A stretch of 64,000 nt of DNA from Camelus dromedarius (Eukaryota), in contig NC_087436.1 of NCBI RefSeq assembly GCF_036321535.1, forward strand, positions 105,092,001-105,156,000. The letters run 5' to 3'. The notes under the pieces are model-generated. The model saw only the letters and a list, made by a program, of their open reading frames with translations. It ran no database searches and was not told the origin of the DNA. The number at the start of each line of letters is the position of its first letter. The first letter of the stretch is position 1. Below, piece by piece: positions 40,455-54,908 of the stretch. Position numbers and translations under genes: made by a program.

Positions 40455-41217
40455 AAATGTTGGTGAGAATGTGGGAAAAAAAGAAACCCTGTGCACTGTT
40501 GGCAGGACTATAAATTGGTGCAGCTACTATAGAAAACAGTGTGGGGGTTCCTCAATAAAATTTTAAATAGAACTACCATATAATCCAGTAATCATCCTTC
40601 TGGGTATACGTCCAAAAGAAACAAAAACGCTAACTGGAAAAGATATTTGCACCCCTGTGTTCATTGCAGCATTACTTAAATAGCTAAGACATGAAAGCAA
40701 CGTAAGTGTCCATTGACAGGTGAATGGATAAGGCAAATGTAGAATATATATATGAAATACTATTCAGTCATTTAAAAAGGAGATCCTATCATTTGCAATA
40801 TCATGGCTAGACCTTGGGGGCATTATAATAAGTGAAATGTCAGAGAAAGACAAATACTGTATGATCTCACTTACATATGGAATCTTAAAACAAAGCAGAA
40901 ACAAATTGATAGATACAGAGAACAGACTGGTGTTTGCCAGAGGTGAGGGGTTGAGGGTGGGCAAAATGGGTAAGGGTGGGCAAAATGGGTAAAAGTGGTC
41001 AAAATAAGTAAGTCCTCCAGATGTAATATACAACATGGTAACTATAATTAATAACATCATATTACATATTTGAAAGTTGCTAAGAGAGTAGATCACAGGA
41101 AAGATGTGTAACTCTGTATGGAGACGTATGTTAATTAGACTTCCTTTGGTGATCATTTCACAATATACACGTATTTTGAATCATTATGTTGTACACCTGA
41201 AACTTATACCTCAATAA
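40455..41217 (+). mobile_element. L1MA9-like 3' end
   Basis: L1 ORF2 tail and 3'UTR; flanking direct repeat aaaattaataac at 40443-40454 and 41218-41229. Confidence 0.9.
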
Positions 41218-41668
41218 AAAATTAATAACTTTGCAACTCACGTATATTATCATTTTTACCCCCACCTTGACCTTATGAAATAGTAAAGGCACCTATTTTT
41301 TCCTATTTGCCAGATAAGGACACAGGGTCAGAAAGGCTAAGGGATTCACGGCTAATCAATGCAGAGCTCAGTCTAGAAACTTGAATCCACTTCTGGACCA
41401 CATGAACTGGCTCAGTGTAAGCAGAAACATTACCAAGAGGCAGGAACTACAAACCAAGAAGGAACTGCAAACATGGCTCCGAATAACAGTGAAAACTTCG
41501 AAGGTACCAACAAAAAAGCAAAGAGGCACGAAATCCATGTTGTCCTCCAGCAGCAATGCTAGGAGCCTGTACCCACAGGAAGGAAGCTAAGAAGAGAAAC
41601 GCCCGTATTATTGAGTCACAGGAACAAGGTCAAAGTCGTGTTACCTGGAGGAATATGCCTGCCGCATA

Positions 41669-41763
41669 CAGGGTGACCAGTCACCCTGGTTTGCCCAGGA
41701 ATGCAGACTTTCAGTGCTAAAGCCGGAAAGATTCCCGGAAACCCCAGACAGGTCGGTTACCCG
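41669..41763. mobile_element. MER81/MER94-like hAT MITE
   Basis: Terminal inverted repeats cagggtgacc...ggttacccg, about 95 bp. Confidence 0.7.
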
Positions 41764-44700
41764 CAAATAAGACTATCTGTTGTTTCTGGGAAAAATCAAG
41801 GGTCACTTTGTGAAGTTTGCTTTAGAGGTTGCCTTCCAAGCCAGCTTATGATCCAGGCATAGTCTTGTTATATTAGTGACACTTTGTTTTTGAACAAAAA
41901 TGGTAAGACCTCAATGAAATCTGAGTAACTTCCATGTCTTTTGAAAAACTTACATCCCCTTTAAAGGAAAAGATTCTTCACCAGAGAGGATATCTGAAAG
42001 AAGGTGCTAAAACCTAGGAAGGCAATTCTCAAAAAGATGTTCCAAAGTGTTCAGAGCATCCCTAAAGGTGTCCCAGTGGCTCTTCCAAATGGCTCATTCA
42101 TTTGAATGCTTGTCTCTGGAATATTTGTTTACTAAAACTAAAAAACAAAAACAAAAACAAAAACTGCTTCATTAACTTATAGCCAATCCTCATAAATATT
42201 TAGTAGATATGAAAAGTCTTTGCAGTTACACTCAGTTATTAAAGCAACAAGCAAAGATGGCAGGCCGCCAGAGGCTCAGTCCCTTTGCTGGTGTCCTGTG
42301 AATGTCAATATTTCAATATGCATATGCATCCATTTACAATTGAGAAAGATCAGAGCTCCTGTCAGAGGCATCCCGAGAAAGGAAGATCTACAGCCAGATT
42401 CACTCACCACGACTGGTTTGTCTGACCATGGTCAAAACCAATGGCTTACGCGCTTTCACAAGTGAAGGAGTGGATCTTGATTTCAGCCCTGAGTCACAGG
42501 TAAACGGAAATGTTTGAAGAATTTGCATTTCCATTGGCAGTCTTCAGTTTCACAGATCTTGCATTTCAAAGCAGTGACTCTTAGATTTGGGCAACACTTT
42601 TATGTCTTGAAATTTGTAATTAATGCCAGAGATCTTAAGTCCTTCTTTAAGGAGCCTTCGTGTATTTGAACGCAACTTTGCCTTCCACGATAATACAAAA
42701 GCCCACGTTTGGTGTTTAGTTGTAAACTATATGTGGAGAAAGCTTCTATGATGAGCCCCCAAGTAAACGAACCCTTTGATTGGTGAATTTTAAGAATAGC
42801 TTTTTATTGAGTGCTTGCTGTGTGCCAGGCATAATTCTAACAGCTACATACCTACAGCTTCATTTATTCTCCAAGGCAATCCAATGAAATAGATTCTGGT
42901 TTTCACCCCCTTTTTAACAGAGGAGAAAACTGAGGCAAAGAGAGATTATGCAACAGCCCAAGGTAAATAAATTCCTGGTCAAGCAGTCTGACTGTGGGGC
43001 CTGTGTGCTCAAACACTGCACTCAAAGCTCTGGCTTTTTCAGGGAGTCTAGACGCTCCTTCGACTCTAGTCATCGCTACCACCCCCTCCTCCAAGTTTTT
43101 CTTTTATGTCCGTCTTCCTGACCAACATCTCAAGGCACCTTCAACTAAACACAGCCCAAAATGAACATATCACCTTTTCCTCCAGACCTACTGGTCCTCT
43201 TTGTCCCGTGCATCTGTGTTGTAGTTTATAATTCCCCATCACCCAGCCCCAAACCTGCAGTGGTTATATTGTCTTCTCTCCATGGGATATTACATCACAT
43301 GGACCATCCCTCTACTGCAGCATCATTCCTATCTACCCTGCCTCCTGCTGTGTACCCCTGTCCTCCTCAGCAGTCCTTGTCCATGACCACCACAGTGACC
43401 ACCAGCATTTGTCCCAGCTCCCTTGGGTCTCCACTCCAACCCAGCCTACACCCCTTTGCCTGGTTAATCTTTCCCAAAGGGACCTCTGATGGGTGAGAGC
43501 ACCAAATAACAGTTTTGCAGTTTACCGAGTACTCCAGCACACAGGACTCCCCAATAGTCCGTGAAAGGTATGTTGTTCCCATTCTACAAAGAAGTCTGGT
43601 GTCATACCGGGGGCCACACCACTAATGAGACCCAGGCTTTTTCCACTGCAGTTACACTTCTCCTGTTCAGAAAAAATCCAGGCTTGTCTATTGTGCACAG
43701 AATTAGAGAGAAACTTGGTCCCAACCAACCTTTCCAGTGCCATCTCTCACTTAACCCCTGCTTAACACGTTCTAAGACAAAGGTAGAGAGAGGAGAGGGA
43801 GGTCAAAAAGACTTTAAGTGGAAAAGCTATTATTTTACCCCAACACAAGGAGATTCTGAGTCAAAACTCAGTAATATTTTTCCTCCCAGTGAAGAAATAC
43901 ATCTGAAAAGGGTCTTCTTTCTGTTCTGTAAGCAGGCTGAGAAAATGGAAGTTTCAGTTCTTTTCCTTCTTCCCCTTGTTTTCTCTAGAATGATTCCTTA
44001 ATGAGTCCATTGAATGAGACATCCACTCCGTTCTTATGAGAAGATGCACCAAAGCTCTCTCTCCTAAAGGGGCCCCACAAAGGAAGACCTCTTGCCAGTG
44101 AACAAAGTTAAACCAGGTACTTCTGAGCCCCAGAGCTGATGTACACTCCCTCCAAGTCGGGGGCGCGGTTTGGGCAAGTGTTAGAACAAAGCTGCAGACT
44201 CCAGGGTGTAGATTACCAGTCAAGGTTGTATTTCTTCTCCATCACAGTGAAAAAGTGTTCATTATGCTTTAAATGGGTGTCAGTGTCTCTAAATTCTGTT
44301 ATTCCTGGGATATAAATATCAAATGTTTGTTAAATGGAGGAAGTTTTGCACTCCATGCTCAGTCAGGGCAAACTAGCTATTGTTCTAAATTGGGCATCTC
44401 TGCCTTCAGGTAATGGTCCTTTCCCAGTGCCATCCATCACTTGCTTAATACTTTCTAGACTTCCGCTCAGCACTTGGCAAAGTTTCCTCTGTGCATTTTT
44501 TTATTATTGATAATAATAATAATAGCCACAGACCTCATCTTATATAATTCCTTAAGAACTCAAGCAGGGCTGTTATATTCCCATTTTACAGTTGAGAAAA
44601 TAGAGGTTCAACAAAGGGAGGCAGCTTGCCCCAAATCCTACTGCTGCCAAGTGCTGGAGCTGGGATGGGAAGCTTGACCTGCCTGACCCCAAGTCCCTTC

Positions 44701-45339
44701 AATCCAAAGAGCCCTTCTTGAAGGATACTTTTTTTTTGAGTCCTGATCTTGGACTTTCCAGCCTCCAGAATGTGAGAAATTAGTTTCTGTTGTTTGAGCC
44801 ACTCAGTTTGTGATTTTTTTGTTATGGCAGTAGGAGCAGACTCAGACAATGCCCAAACACCTTTTTCTTAGATATGCTTCTCAAAATGCCATGACCCCAG
44901 TCTTGAGATGCAAACCCTTCACATTCACAGTAAAGACTTTCAGAGACACTCTTAGACGTGGTGCATAGAAGCCTATAACCATTTTCCACGACACAAACTA
45001 AGCATAAATCTAGTTAACTGGCCCCCTATTGACAGAACTTGAGCCTATTCAATTGTCTCTTTATGCTCAATGGATGCTGGATATATTTTCATTCACTTTC
45101 AGCTCTCTTTATCCTCTGAGATGGGTAAATAGTGTTGAGAAGCAGGATGGCTTCTGTTAAACTGTGTTTTACTTATAGAGTAGATTTCCCTTTTATGCCA
45201 GCTTTGACGCTTGCTTAACCTAGAACTGCTAAATTTTTTTAAAAACTATTTTTGTTTGTTTGTTTGCAAACATGAGCTTTGCTTTATTTCACAATGGTTA
45301 TATTTTTTCTTTTTAAACAAATCACTCATTTTTGAATAG

Positions 45340-45742
45340 TGTATTAGATTGAATTGTGTTCCCCCCAAATTCATGTCCACCCAAAACCTCACAATATGAT
45401 GCTCTTTGAAAATAGAGTCTGCTGCTGCAGTTAGTTAAGGATCTCAAAAGGAAATCATTCTGGATTTCGAATGATCCCTAAACCCAATGACCGATGCCCT
45501 TCTAAAAGGATAGTATGTAGAAACAGAGGAGAAAATGTGAAGGAGAGTAAGAGATTGGGGTGATGTCATCTATAAGCCGGTGAACAGCTGGACGAGGCAA
45601 AGAAGTCTCCCTCCTAGAGCCTTCAGAAGGAGTGCTGCCCTGCTAGCATCGGGCCCCCAGAACTGTGAGAGAATAAATTGCAGCTGTTCTAAGGCCCCAA
45701 GTTTGTGGTCATTTGTTACAGCAGCCCTAGGAAGCTACTACA
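45340..45742 (+). mobile_element. MaLR MLT1 solo LTR
   Basis: tgtattagattgaattgtgttcccccc...cagaactgtgagagaataaatt...gcagccctaggaagctactaca. Confidence 0.85.
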
Positions 45743-45769
45743 AATACATTAATACACACATGGTTAAAT

Positions 45770-46830
45770 GATGCACGAAGGCATAAAGTGGAAATCTCCC
45801 CCAATGCCTACGGCCATGTACTTAATATCCAACCTCTGCCCCCTCCACCTCTGGGAAACCAGTGTTGTTAGTCCCTCGTGTATCTTTTCCGAATTTCTCT
45901 CTCTATGTATATGTATGTATAGACGCAAGTATATACACATATGACATGTGTTTGTATCTGCATATATGCAAATATGAACATGTATTCTTATTACTCTCAT
46001 TTCCTTAACCAAAAGTTAGCATTTTCCAAAAGATATTCTTCTGCACCTTGTTTTTTCATGTAGCAATACATTTTAGAATTTTTTCCTTGTCATCCCATAG
46101 TGTTCTCATTCATTTTTTCAGCCAGACAATATTCAGTTATATGAATGAACTGTCATTTATTTTACCAGACTCTAATACACAGTTTTGTTGTTTCCACTCT
46201 CTTGAAGTTTAAACAAGGCCACAGTGAATGACCTTGTACATACGTCATTCTGTACGCTCACAAGTATCTGCAGCATAAATTCCCAGAAGTAGAGGTGGTG
46301 AGTCAGATGGTCCAAGCATCCTATTTCCACATGTCCTCACTCAGGGACTGAACCCATTTACCTTCCCAACAGCAAAGCATGAGAGTGTCTGTCCTCCCCC
46401 AACCTCACCGGCAGAGTGCATGACCAAATTTGTGATGTCTCGCCAATCTGAGAGATGAAAAATGATAGCACATTATCATTTCACTTATTTTTCTTTATTA
46501 CAAGTGAGGTTGAGCATCTTTCCATTGATTTAAGAACCAACTGTCCTTTCTATGCGCTAAACTACCTGTTCTTTTGTTTAGTTAGTTTTTTGCTCATTTT
46601 TTTCAGATGAACCTTGGGTTTTTGTTGCTGTTGTCATCATCAATTTCTGGGAGGGTTTATATCCATAAGGGAGATTAGCCCTTCATTTATGCTAAAATTT
46701 TGCCTCATTCGTTGTCTTTGTTAATGATATTAATAACATTTTAAAATTAGAAATAAATGATTCCATGTTTTCTTCTACATTTTTATGATTTTATTTGTAT
46801 AATAAAATCTTTGATCTCTTTGGAATTTAT
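45770..46830 (-). mobile_element. Old L1 (L1ME/MC-like) fragment
   Basis: cccatttaccttcccaacagcaaagcatgagagtg; agtgaggttgagcatctttccat. Confidence 0.75.
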
Positions 46831-47446
46831 CCTGTCATATGGTTTTTTTCAGGTAAGTGTTTTTTGCCTGTTAACTGATTTTGCTTCTCTTTTCCAGATT
46901 TTTTTTCTCATAAGATCTTTGTATAAATGCTGTGCCAGTTCTTCTTTTTTAATACTAATTATGTAATGGGCTGCATTTTCCCAGACTACCCATTGGGAAG
47001 GGGCAGGAAGGGGTCAGGATAGCTCTGCAGGCTTCAAAACACAAAAGTTCTCTGCTGCCACAAAGACAAACTTCTTCCTGCAAAAATGGCTTCCAGCGTA
47101 TTTCTACAATATTGCTTCCACTGTGTCTCTGAATATAGCTAGGTCTAGGAGAGCTGCTCCCAGCAGAGCCCAGTTCCCTCACAAGTGGTTGCAAAGAAAG
47201 GCTACGGCCTTTGCACTTTAGGGTGAGCCCCTTCCCTTCAGGAAGCATATTTTTGCTGGCACTTTCTGAGGTGTGACACCCCTGGGCCTTCTCACTAGAC
47301 TGGCTGCTTCTTCTGTACTTGCTTCCAGGCAATTCTTATCTCAGTTGTTTGGGGCAGTCCTTATGGGTTAGAGTTTGCGGATTATTTCTACCTCTTGCTT
47401 TTCTGAAAACAAGAATTATGAGAGGGATTCAAGATAAAGAGAGGGG

Positions 47447-47515
<69 letters not shown>
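47447..47515. repeat. (ATT)23 microsatellite
   Basis: Perfect trinucleotide run; source of the poly-Leu ORF 47319-47558. Confidence 0.98.
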
Positions 47516-48548
47516 GCTTTTGTATAATTTCCAGGAGGAGAAAGCAAATACCCAATGATCATAGTGGAAGTCTTCCAAATTATTTTTCCTTGTCAGCCAT
47601 CAAAGGGACCTTTATCCTTTGCAGCCTCATAATCTGAGCTGATGCTACAATGCTGAGCAAAGATATGAGCTGCTTGCATCAGACAGGAACAGAAAAGAAT
47701 GAGGTGAAAACATTTTGGGTTCTAGCTCCAGTGCCTAAGTTCAAATCCCTCCTCTTCCCCTTCCTGTTTGTGTCAACCTGAACCAATTCATCTCTCAGAG
47801 CCTCAGTTTTCCTATGTCAAATGAGGAAGAAAATGCCCACTTCATACAATTACATATGGGAATGAATCCTATGACAGGTATAACACAGTGACTATTCAAC
47901 AAAGGCTAGTGCCCTGGGACTCAATGGCTTCGGCATAATTGGTAGCTTCTGAGGGTGTGACCATCTTCAAGTCCCTTTCTAAAGAAAAGAAGGTGAAGGC
48001 AGATTGTAATAATAACAGTACTGTGCATTATGCATCGATTACTCCTCAGATAGTGTGTGAACTATTTTACACCCTTTGCCTTGTCACAATAGAATTTTAG
48101 GTCATCCAAAGCCAAAATCAACAACAAAAGGAAATTAGGATAATATGGATCCTGAGATGGCCAAGCACTGAAGGTCCACAGGGCACACCAGGCTTCCCAC
48201 GCTCCCTGGAGCCCAGCATTGCCGTGGGATCTGCCTTGACATCTTGTGCAACTGCCTCAGGGCCATCCCTACCAGGAAAAGTGCCACCCACCCCTGGGGC
48301 TGGGCTGCCTGGCTAACAGATGAGGAAGGAAGGCAGACAATAACAACAATAGTCTACTCAGGCTGCTTCTGTCCCGGGTTTCCAAGCTCCCGAGCTCAGG
48401 GGGAGGGGGAAGGAGGTGAAACGGAAGGCGGGCTACTGGAGGAGCAAACCTGCAGGAAAGGGGCTGCAGGTAGAGCGAACCCAGCCTTTTGAGCTTTAAG
48501 TGAACCAACCAACCAGCACCAAACCCCATCCCAGGGTTCGGGGGTCAT

Positions 48549-48942
48549 TGTTATGGGCTGAACTGTGTCCCACCAAAATTTCATGGGGGGTCCTAACCAC
48601 CCAGCACATCAGAATACAGCCGTACTTGGAGATGGGGTCTTTAAAGAGATAAATAAATTAAAATGAAATCATATGGGTGTCCCGAATCCAATACCACTGA
48701 TGTCCTTGTAAGAGGAGGAGATCTGGACACAGAGGGAAGATGATGTGAAGACGCAGGGAGAAGAAAGCCATCTACAAGCCAAGGAGAGAAGCGTGGGATA
48801 GATCCTTCTCTCGGAAGGAACCAACCCTGCTAACACCTTGATTTTGAACTTCCAGCCTCCAGAACCATGAGATGACACATTTCTGCTGTTTGAGCCCCCA
48901 GTGTGTGGCACTTGGTTATGGCAGCCCTAGCCAACAAATACA
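48549..48942 (+). mobile_element. MaLR MLT1 solo LTR
   Basis: tgttatgggctgaactgtgtcccacc...ttatggcagccctagccaacaaataca. Confidence 0.9.
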
Positions 48943-49079
48943 GCCCTCTCTTCGGAGGATGCTCAGGAAGTGGGTGCCCTCCCAGCAGGCTCACAAAGGC
49001 ACAGGAGAGCAAGACAGCCTCAGACAACAGGAGCAGAGCATCTGAGACTGCAGTTTGCATTTATCCAACCCCAGTGATC

Positions 49080-50040
49080 TGTGACGGCCAACCCCATCCA
49101 CCCTCAACACCAACAAAGGGATACCAGCCCTGCCCAGCCCTGCCCAGCCCCACCCACCCACCACGACCACTCAAGGGGTCTGATTTCCCTCCTCTTACTT
49201 GCCCCACTGCTACCACCAGCCCCATGGGACCACTGCAATATCTCCTACCTGGCCTCCCTGCTTCCTGTCTCATCCACCAGCCCATCCTGTACCCCACCTA
49301 CCCTCCACACAGCAGTCAGAATGAGCCTTTGGCAACCTAAAGCCCTCCAGTGGCTCCTGTCCTGCTCAGAACAAACCCCAAATTCTACACATGACCTAGA
49401 AAGTGTTATGGGGTCTGAACCTCTGGCCTCACGCCTGCCCCTCTTGCTTTCCTCCCAGGCGTGCTGGCTCACTGCCTTCCTTGCTGCTCCTTGACCATGT
49501 CAAGCACATTTCCATCTCATAGCTTTTCACTTGGTGTTCTCTCTGCCCAGGAAAGAGCTTCCCCACTATCCACATGGCTCCACGATTTCACTCCACCGTT
49601 CTTCCTCCTTGTCTGACACAAGAAGCTCATCTCCTGGATACCTGGAGACATTCACATCCTCAGAGACTATCAATTCCACTAACATCATGGAGTCCCAGGG
49701 CAGCAGCACTTGCTGAGTAATTGCTGTTATATACATAAGCTGACTAGCACCCACAGGTACCTGTGCCCTGTGCATCCACGCGGCCCCCTCCATCCCTGGA
49801 TTCAGGTCTCTGCTCCAGTGCCACCCACTCAGAGAAGCCTTCCCCGGCCACCCTGGCAGGATATCCTTTGCTTTCTACTCCCCTCCTCCTCCAGTATCTA
49901 GTTTTTCTTCCAAGCACTTGTCACCATCTGCAGAGTTATTTGTTTGTCTATTATCTGTCTCTTCCTTTAAAAAACAAGCTCCTTGCAGGCAGGAGCCCAG
50001 ATGCCCAGGTCAGTGCCCTGCACGTAGTTAATACCCTAGT
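49080..50040 (+). mobile_element. L2 fragments
   Basis: taaagccctccagtggctcc; gagaagccttccccggccaccc; aagctccttgcaggcagg. Confidence 0.65.
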
Positions 50041-53000
50041 GCGTGGGCTTCCCGAGGGCACGTGGACCTTTATTCACTGACTGAGAATCTGAAATGACCT
50101 TTAGTCAGAATCCCCCTGTGTGAACACTGACTAATCCCACGCTGTGCTGCAAAATGGCTTCCTAGAAAAGTCGAGCCTAAAATTTAATGGGTTGTTGAGT
50201 GCTTAATTAATCAGTGTTTTCTGGTTAAGCTGGAATTTAATAGTAAATATACGTAAATATATCTGTAGGATGAGTGAATTTGTAAATGATTGAGGCTGGG
50301 GGTGAGACTGATTGCCAGTCCTGCACCCACTGGCTCCCCAGACCTGTTCTAGCTGAGAACGTGCCTTGCTGCAGTGGCCATGGAGATGACCCAGCTGGCA
50401 CCGCCCAGCATGACCCCTGACCTCTGAACCCCAGAACCCCTCACTGAGCAACTTCCTGTGCTGCCCTGGGTTAAGGGCTTGACACTTGTGCTGCATTTAA
50501 CCTGTCCTACAGCCCAGGTATTATTGTCTCCATTTTTTAGATGAAGAAGCTGAGGCTCAGAGAGATGGGGCCAGGCACCCCAGGTCACCAAGCTAAGAAG
50601 GGGCCTGCCTCCCAGCCCACGTGCTGCACCGGACGCTCCCCTGCCTTTCCTGGCACTTGCTCAGTCCAGCCACTTCTGGTTGGTTCTGCTCCTCGGCACT
50701 GCGGGCACCCAGGCGTCTTCCAGTGTGTACAGGGCTCTCCTCTCTGCAGCTGGACCAGGCTCCTTGCCTTCCATCTGCGGAAGGGGCACCAGCAAAGCCT
50801 CAGTCTTCCACTGGCTGATGGCCCGGCTGTTTGGGGGGAAAAGGATGCTGGTCTCATCACGAGCCACGATTCAACTCATTTTACAGCAAAACCGAAACAT
50901 CACACGATTCCAGGAGAACATAAGCCCCTGGCAGGCAGGAACTTTGTCTGCCTTATCTCCTGCCGCATCCAGAGCTCCTGGAAAAGCATCTGTAAACTTC
51001 TTAGCGCTGACAACGTGCAGCCCAATGGTGCAGCAGCAGGAATCTGGGCCAGTGGGCTGTTCTTACAGCATGAACTGCTGATGCCTGTCTCCTCCGTTCA
51101 ATGGTGAGTTTCCCCAGGTAAAGACTAAGCTTATGTGTTTTTGTGCCTCCAAAGTCCAGCATTTGTCCCTTCAATTCATTGGTTCATTCAACAAATATTT
51201 ATTATGTGCCAGGCACCATTCCAGGCCTGAAGGATACAACAGGAAAACAAAACAGGCAAAAAATCCCTGCCCTCATGAGACTGGGCTTTCAGCCAAGGTT
51301 TACCAGAGGTTTCCTCTGTGCCAGGAACTGAGCTAGGCCCTGGGGACATGGCAATGAACAAGGCAAAGGGGGCCCAGCATGGAAACAAATAAACAAATGA
51401 AATCATTACTGACTATGACAATGGCTAACCCAGGGCATTAGAGAGGCTCAACCATGTTTGAAAGGGAGAGGTCTGGGGTGCTTGCTAAGAGGACAGATTC
51501 TGGGAAGAAAAAAGCCAAGGCTTGGAACCCAGCTCTGCCTTCCACCAGCTGAGTGGCCATGTGTGGCCAGCTCACCTCTCCAGGACCAAGTGTTCTCATC
51601 TGTTGTGCTTACTGCATGGGGTGGCTGTGACGATTACATGAGATGAGAATGGAGAGGGAGGCAGAGAGAGAAGGAAAGCCCCTAAGGAAGCAGGAAAGCC
51701 TGTCCTTCCTGAGTCAAGGCGGAGGGGAAGCCAGGACGGAGGCACATTAAGTGGCCAAAAGTTAACAGGGACTACTTGTGACCTACACTCATGTCCCCTC
51801 CTGGGCCTGACACCAGTCAGAGGCAACAACTCTGGGATACCCCACCCACCCCACCCCGGTCTTCATGAAACACCCAGGACTGGTTCTGCAGGAATTTTTC
51901 CTCCAACATTCAAATGTCAATTAACATTAACGTTCGGCTGAAGAAGTTTGGCCAGCCCTTCCTGCCCCAGATTCAGCTGGGCTCAGGCAACCCCAGTAGC
52001 TCCCTGGATCAGCCAAGCTCACACACAGCCCACTCTGATAACATCCAATGCAGAACTCAAGGAGCAGGGAAGACCTCACCTTGGAGAAGGAGGGAGGGAA
52101 TCAGACTTCAAATCAAATCAGATTTGTGTTTGATCATTCATACATCCGACAGGTATTTATCCCAAACCTCAAGGGACATGGTGGTGTTGGACTTGGCCAG
52201 CAGGCCACTCTGCTTTTGCACATGCTGGATCCTTTCCCTGGAATGTTCTTACAGCGCCCACCACCATCACCACTTCCCCATCTGCCTACCTCCCCTTCAG
52301 CTCATGAATGTCATCCCTCAAGGCTAACTTCAGGCGCATCTCCTCTTGGCCACCTCTCCAATCCGGATGCCCCTCTGCTGTGCTCCCATAAGGCAGGGCT
52401 GTGACTAGCTCTGCCCTGCACATGGCCTGCTGTGAGGGAGCCACCCACCTACCTCCTGGTCTTCCTTTCTCATAGACTGTGACCTTCCTGAGGGCACGTA
52501 TTGGCCTTTTCTCTGTGTTGACACAGGGCCAACCCAGTGCCTTAAAATGGAGTGGGAGTTTGATAAATATGTGTTGAGTGTGTATTTTCAACCCCATTTC
52601 TCCACTACAAATTTTTTTAAATGCTAAATCTGAAAAAAAATTGGCCCATAATAGATAGAAAAGAACCCTTGCTATCTGTCCGGAAATCATTCAGCCAAAA
52701 CCCACCATGCGAAGCACGTGGCAGGAACTGAGTAAACAGCTGCTATTATGGTTCTATTGCTGTTACCACCCTGATGATGCCAATCATGGCCATGATAAAA
52801 GATACTTAAATCTGTCTGGAGGAGGGAACTGGTGGTCAAAAATCCATGACTTTCAACGCAGCACCCTGACCTTGAGTAAATCCTGTTGACTCCAGCAGTG
52901 TCATCATCTGTAACTTGGGAGTGAGCTCTGATTAGTCTCTGAAGCTCTTCCCAAGATTCTCTGAGTGACAAGTGACACAGTCTAAACCTATAGCTCTCAT

Positions 53001-54739
53001 CATTCCCCCGTTGCAGGTCCAAGCACCGATTTAGCTCAGTTTTGAGCCAGGCCCCAAATCTCAGGCTGTGCAGGGCTCTCCGTGATGACATCTTGTTCCT
53101 CTTCCAGGGTATGATGTCCAGACACTTGTTTTCCTACCATGAATTTCTCGAGGCACAAGAATAAGCAAGGCTTTTGGTTCTTGAGGAGGACAGAGGCTAT
53201 GTATTCCTTCCCCGGATGTCCGAGAGCCCAGCACACATCTACAGAGCACGTAGTGGGTCCTGATTGATGCTTGGTGGGTGAGATGAGGTGATGCAGATGG
53301 ACCAGGGGCCTAGGATATGGCAACACAGACCACTGGCTGCCCTTGCTCTTTGGGATTCCTTCAGGCCACAGGCCAGGAGAAATGGCCGAGAGCCTTTCCA
53401 TTGGTTCAATCAGCCAAGAGCCCCCGTGGACAAGCTGGTGTCTCCCACCCGGGAGCCTCTCCCCCATCTCCCCCTACCCAAGCCCTCCTGGATGAATGAG
53501 TCCAGGTTGTTGAAAGAATCTGAGGTGTTTGTATTTTTGTGTAAAGACTGTAAAAAGACGTTCCCCTTCTCCTTTTTACCCATAAGGAAACCATGAAGTT
53601 CCCTAGGGCAAGTTAAGCATGCCCTTCATTGACAAAGCCATCCCCTCCTCTCAGGATTTTTTTAAAAAGAGGGAAAAAAGGTCTTTTGAGTGAGTGGCAA
53701 GACTCAGTGTGGCGCCGTTCTTCTCAGCCTCTGTTATCCCTGCTAATAATTGTGAACACCCCGTTGAAAGCAAGTTGCAAAGTTGCGAGGATATCTGTGT
53801 CTTCCACTGACCTGCCTCAACGTAATATAATGGTTCCCATTTCTCCAAAAAAAGAAAAAAAAAAAGAGGAGAAGAAAGAAAAGGAACAGAGTCGGGGGGA
53901 AGGAAAGAGTGACTCATGCATGGGCTCAGAAACACACCTGGTGACAGTGGATCATTGGTTTCTTCTTTCTTTTTATTTGTGTTCATTTAGTTGGTTCTTT
54001 GTGTTTTCTAACTTGGTACATATAGGGGAAAAAAAACTTTGGAGTTTCATCTGTTTTGTTTTATGGCATAAACAAAGAGGGGAGGGAAACAGCAAGGAAG
54101 ACCCAAGGGAAATTCACCAGAACATCAATCCTGGAGTTCGCTGGGGAGCCCGGGGGCAACCTTCTCCTGCATTTCCTCATTTATGTTTTCTACTCTGTCT
54201 GCAATGACCATTCTTTGCTTTTGTAATAACAACAAAAATCCCTATACACAAAGCAAACACCAATAAGGGTTCTGTCTTGTTTTTTTTAAAAAATGAAAGA
54301 GGCTAAACGACACGAAAATAAAAACAATGGTTATTTCTGAATGATAAGATTCGGGGTATTTTCTTCCTTTTTTCTCATCTCTGATTTCCAATGTCCACTA
54401 TGAAAAGCTCTTACTTGCATAAGAAGGGGGAAAAAAGGCACTTGTGTTGCACACCCTCCCTTCCCCCACTCCATCACACACAGAATGTCCCAGCAGGGCC
54501 CCCAAATTTCAGCAGGAACTAAAAGATTCCTTAGTTTCTCTCTCTCTTCTCTCTTTCATCGTCTAGGGGGATGAAGAAACAATAAAATGACGTCTAAAGA
54601 GGACTTCACCTTTGCTCTTGGTCAGATTATAAATCGCGTTGGGGAAAACTTTCTTCCGTGGGGTTCTTAAATTCAAACCAACATATTCACTTTCCCAGTA
54701 GATTATAGTTTCTTTGAGAGAAATGACTTTTTCCTTGTC

Positions 54740-54908
54740 TTTTTTTTTTTTTTTTCAATTGAAGTGTAGTTGATTTACAACGTGTTAGTTTCTGGTGTAC
54801 AGCACAGTGATTCAGTTATACATATATATATTCTTTTTCATTATAGGTTATTATAAGATATTGAATGTAGTTCCCTGTGCTCTGCAGTAGGACCTTGTTG
54901 TTTATCTA
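54740..54908 (-). mobile_element. Short artiodactyl-type L1 3' end
   Basis: Poly-T, gttccctgtgctctgcagtaggaccttgttgtttatctat; TSD tccttgtc at 54732-54739 and 54909-54916. Confidence 0.88.

Noticed and set aside
41370..41650. Purine-rich coding-like unique sequence
   Set aside because: No convincing acceptor/donor pair or motif; cannot be tied to the relic gene.
47319..47558. Poly-leucine ORF
   Set aside because: Translation of the (ATT)n microsatellite.
50541..51107. 188 aa ORF
   Set aside because: Starts inside a MIR core in GC-rich DNA with several overlapping open frames; no recognisable protein.
53629..54207. 192 aa ORF
   Set aside because: Non-ATG start, low-complexity A-rich and T-rich stretches, no domain or splice structure.
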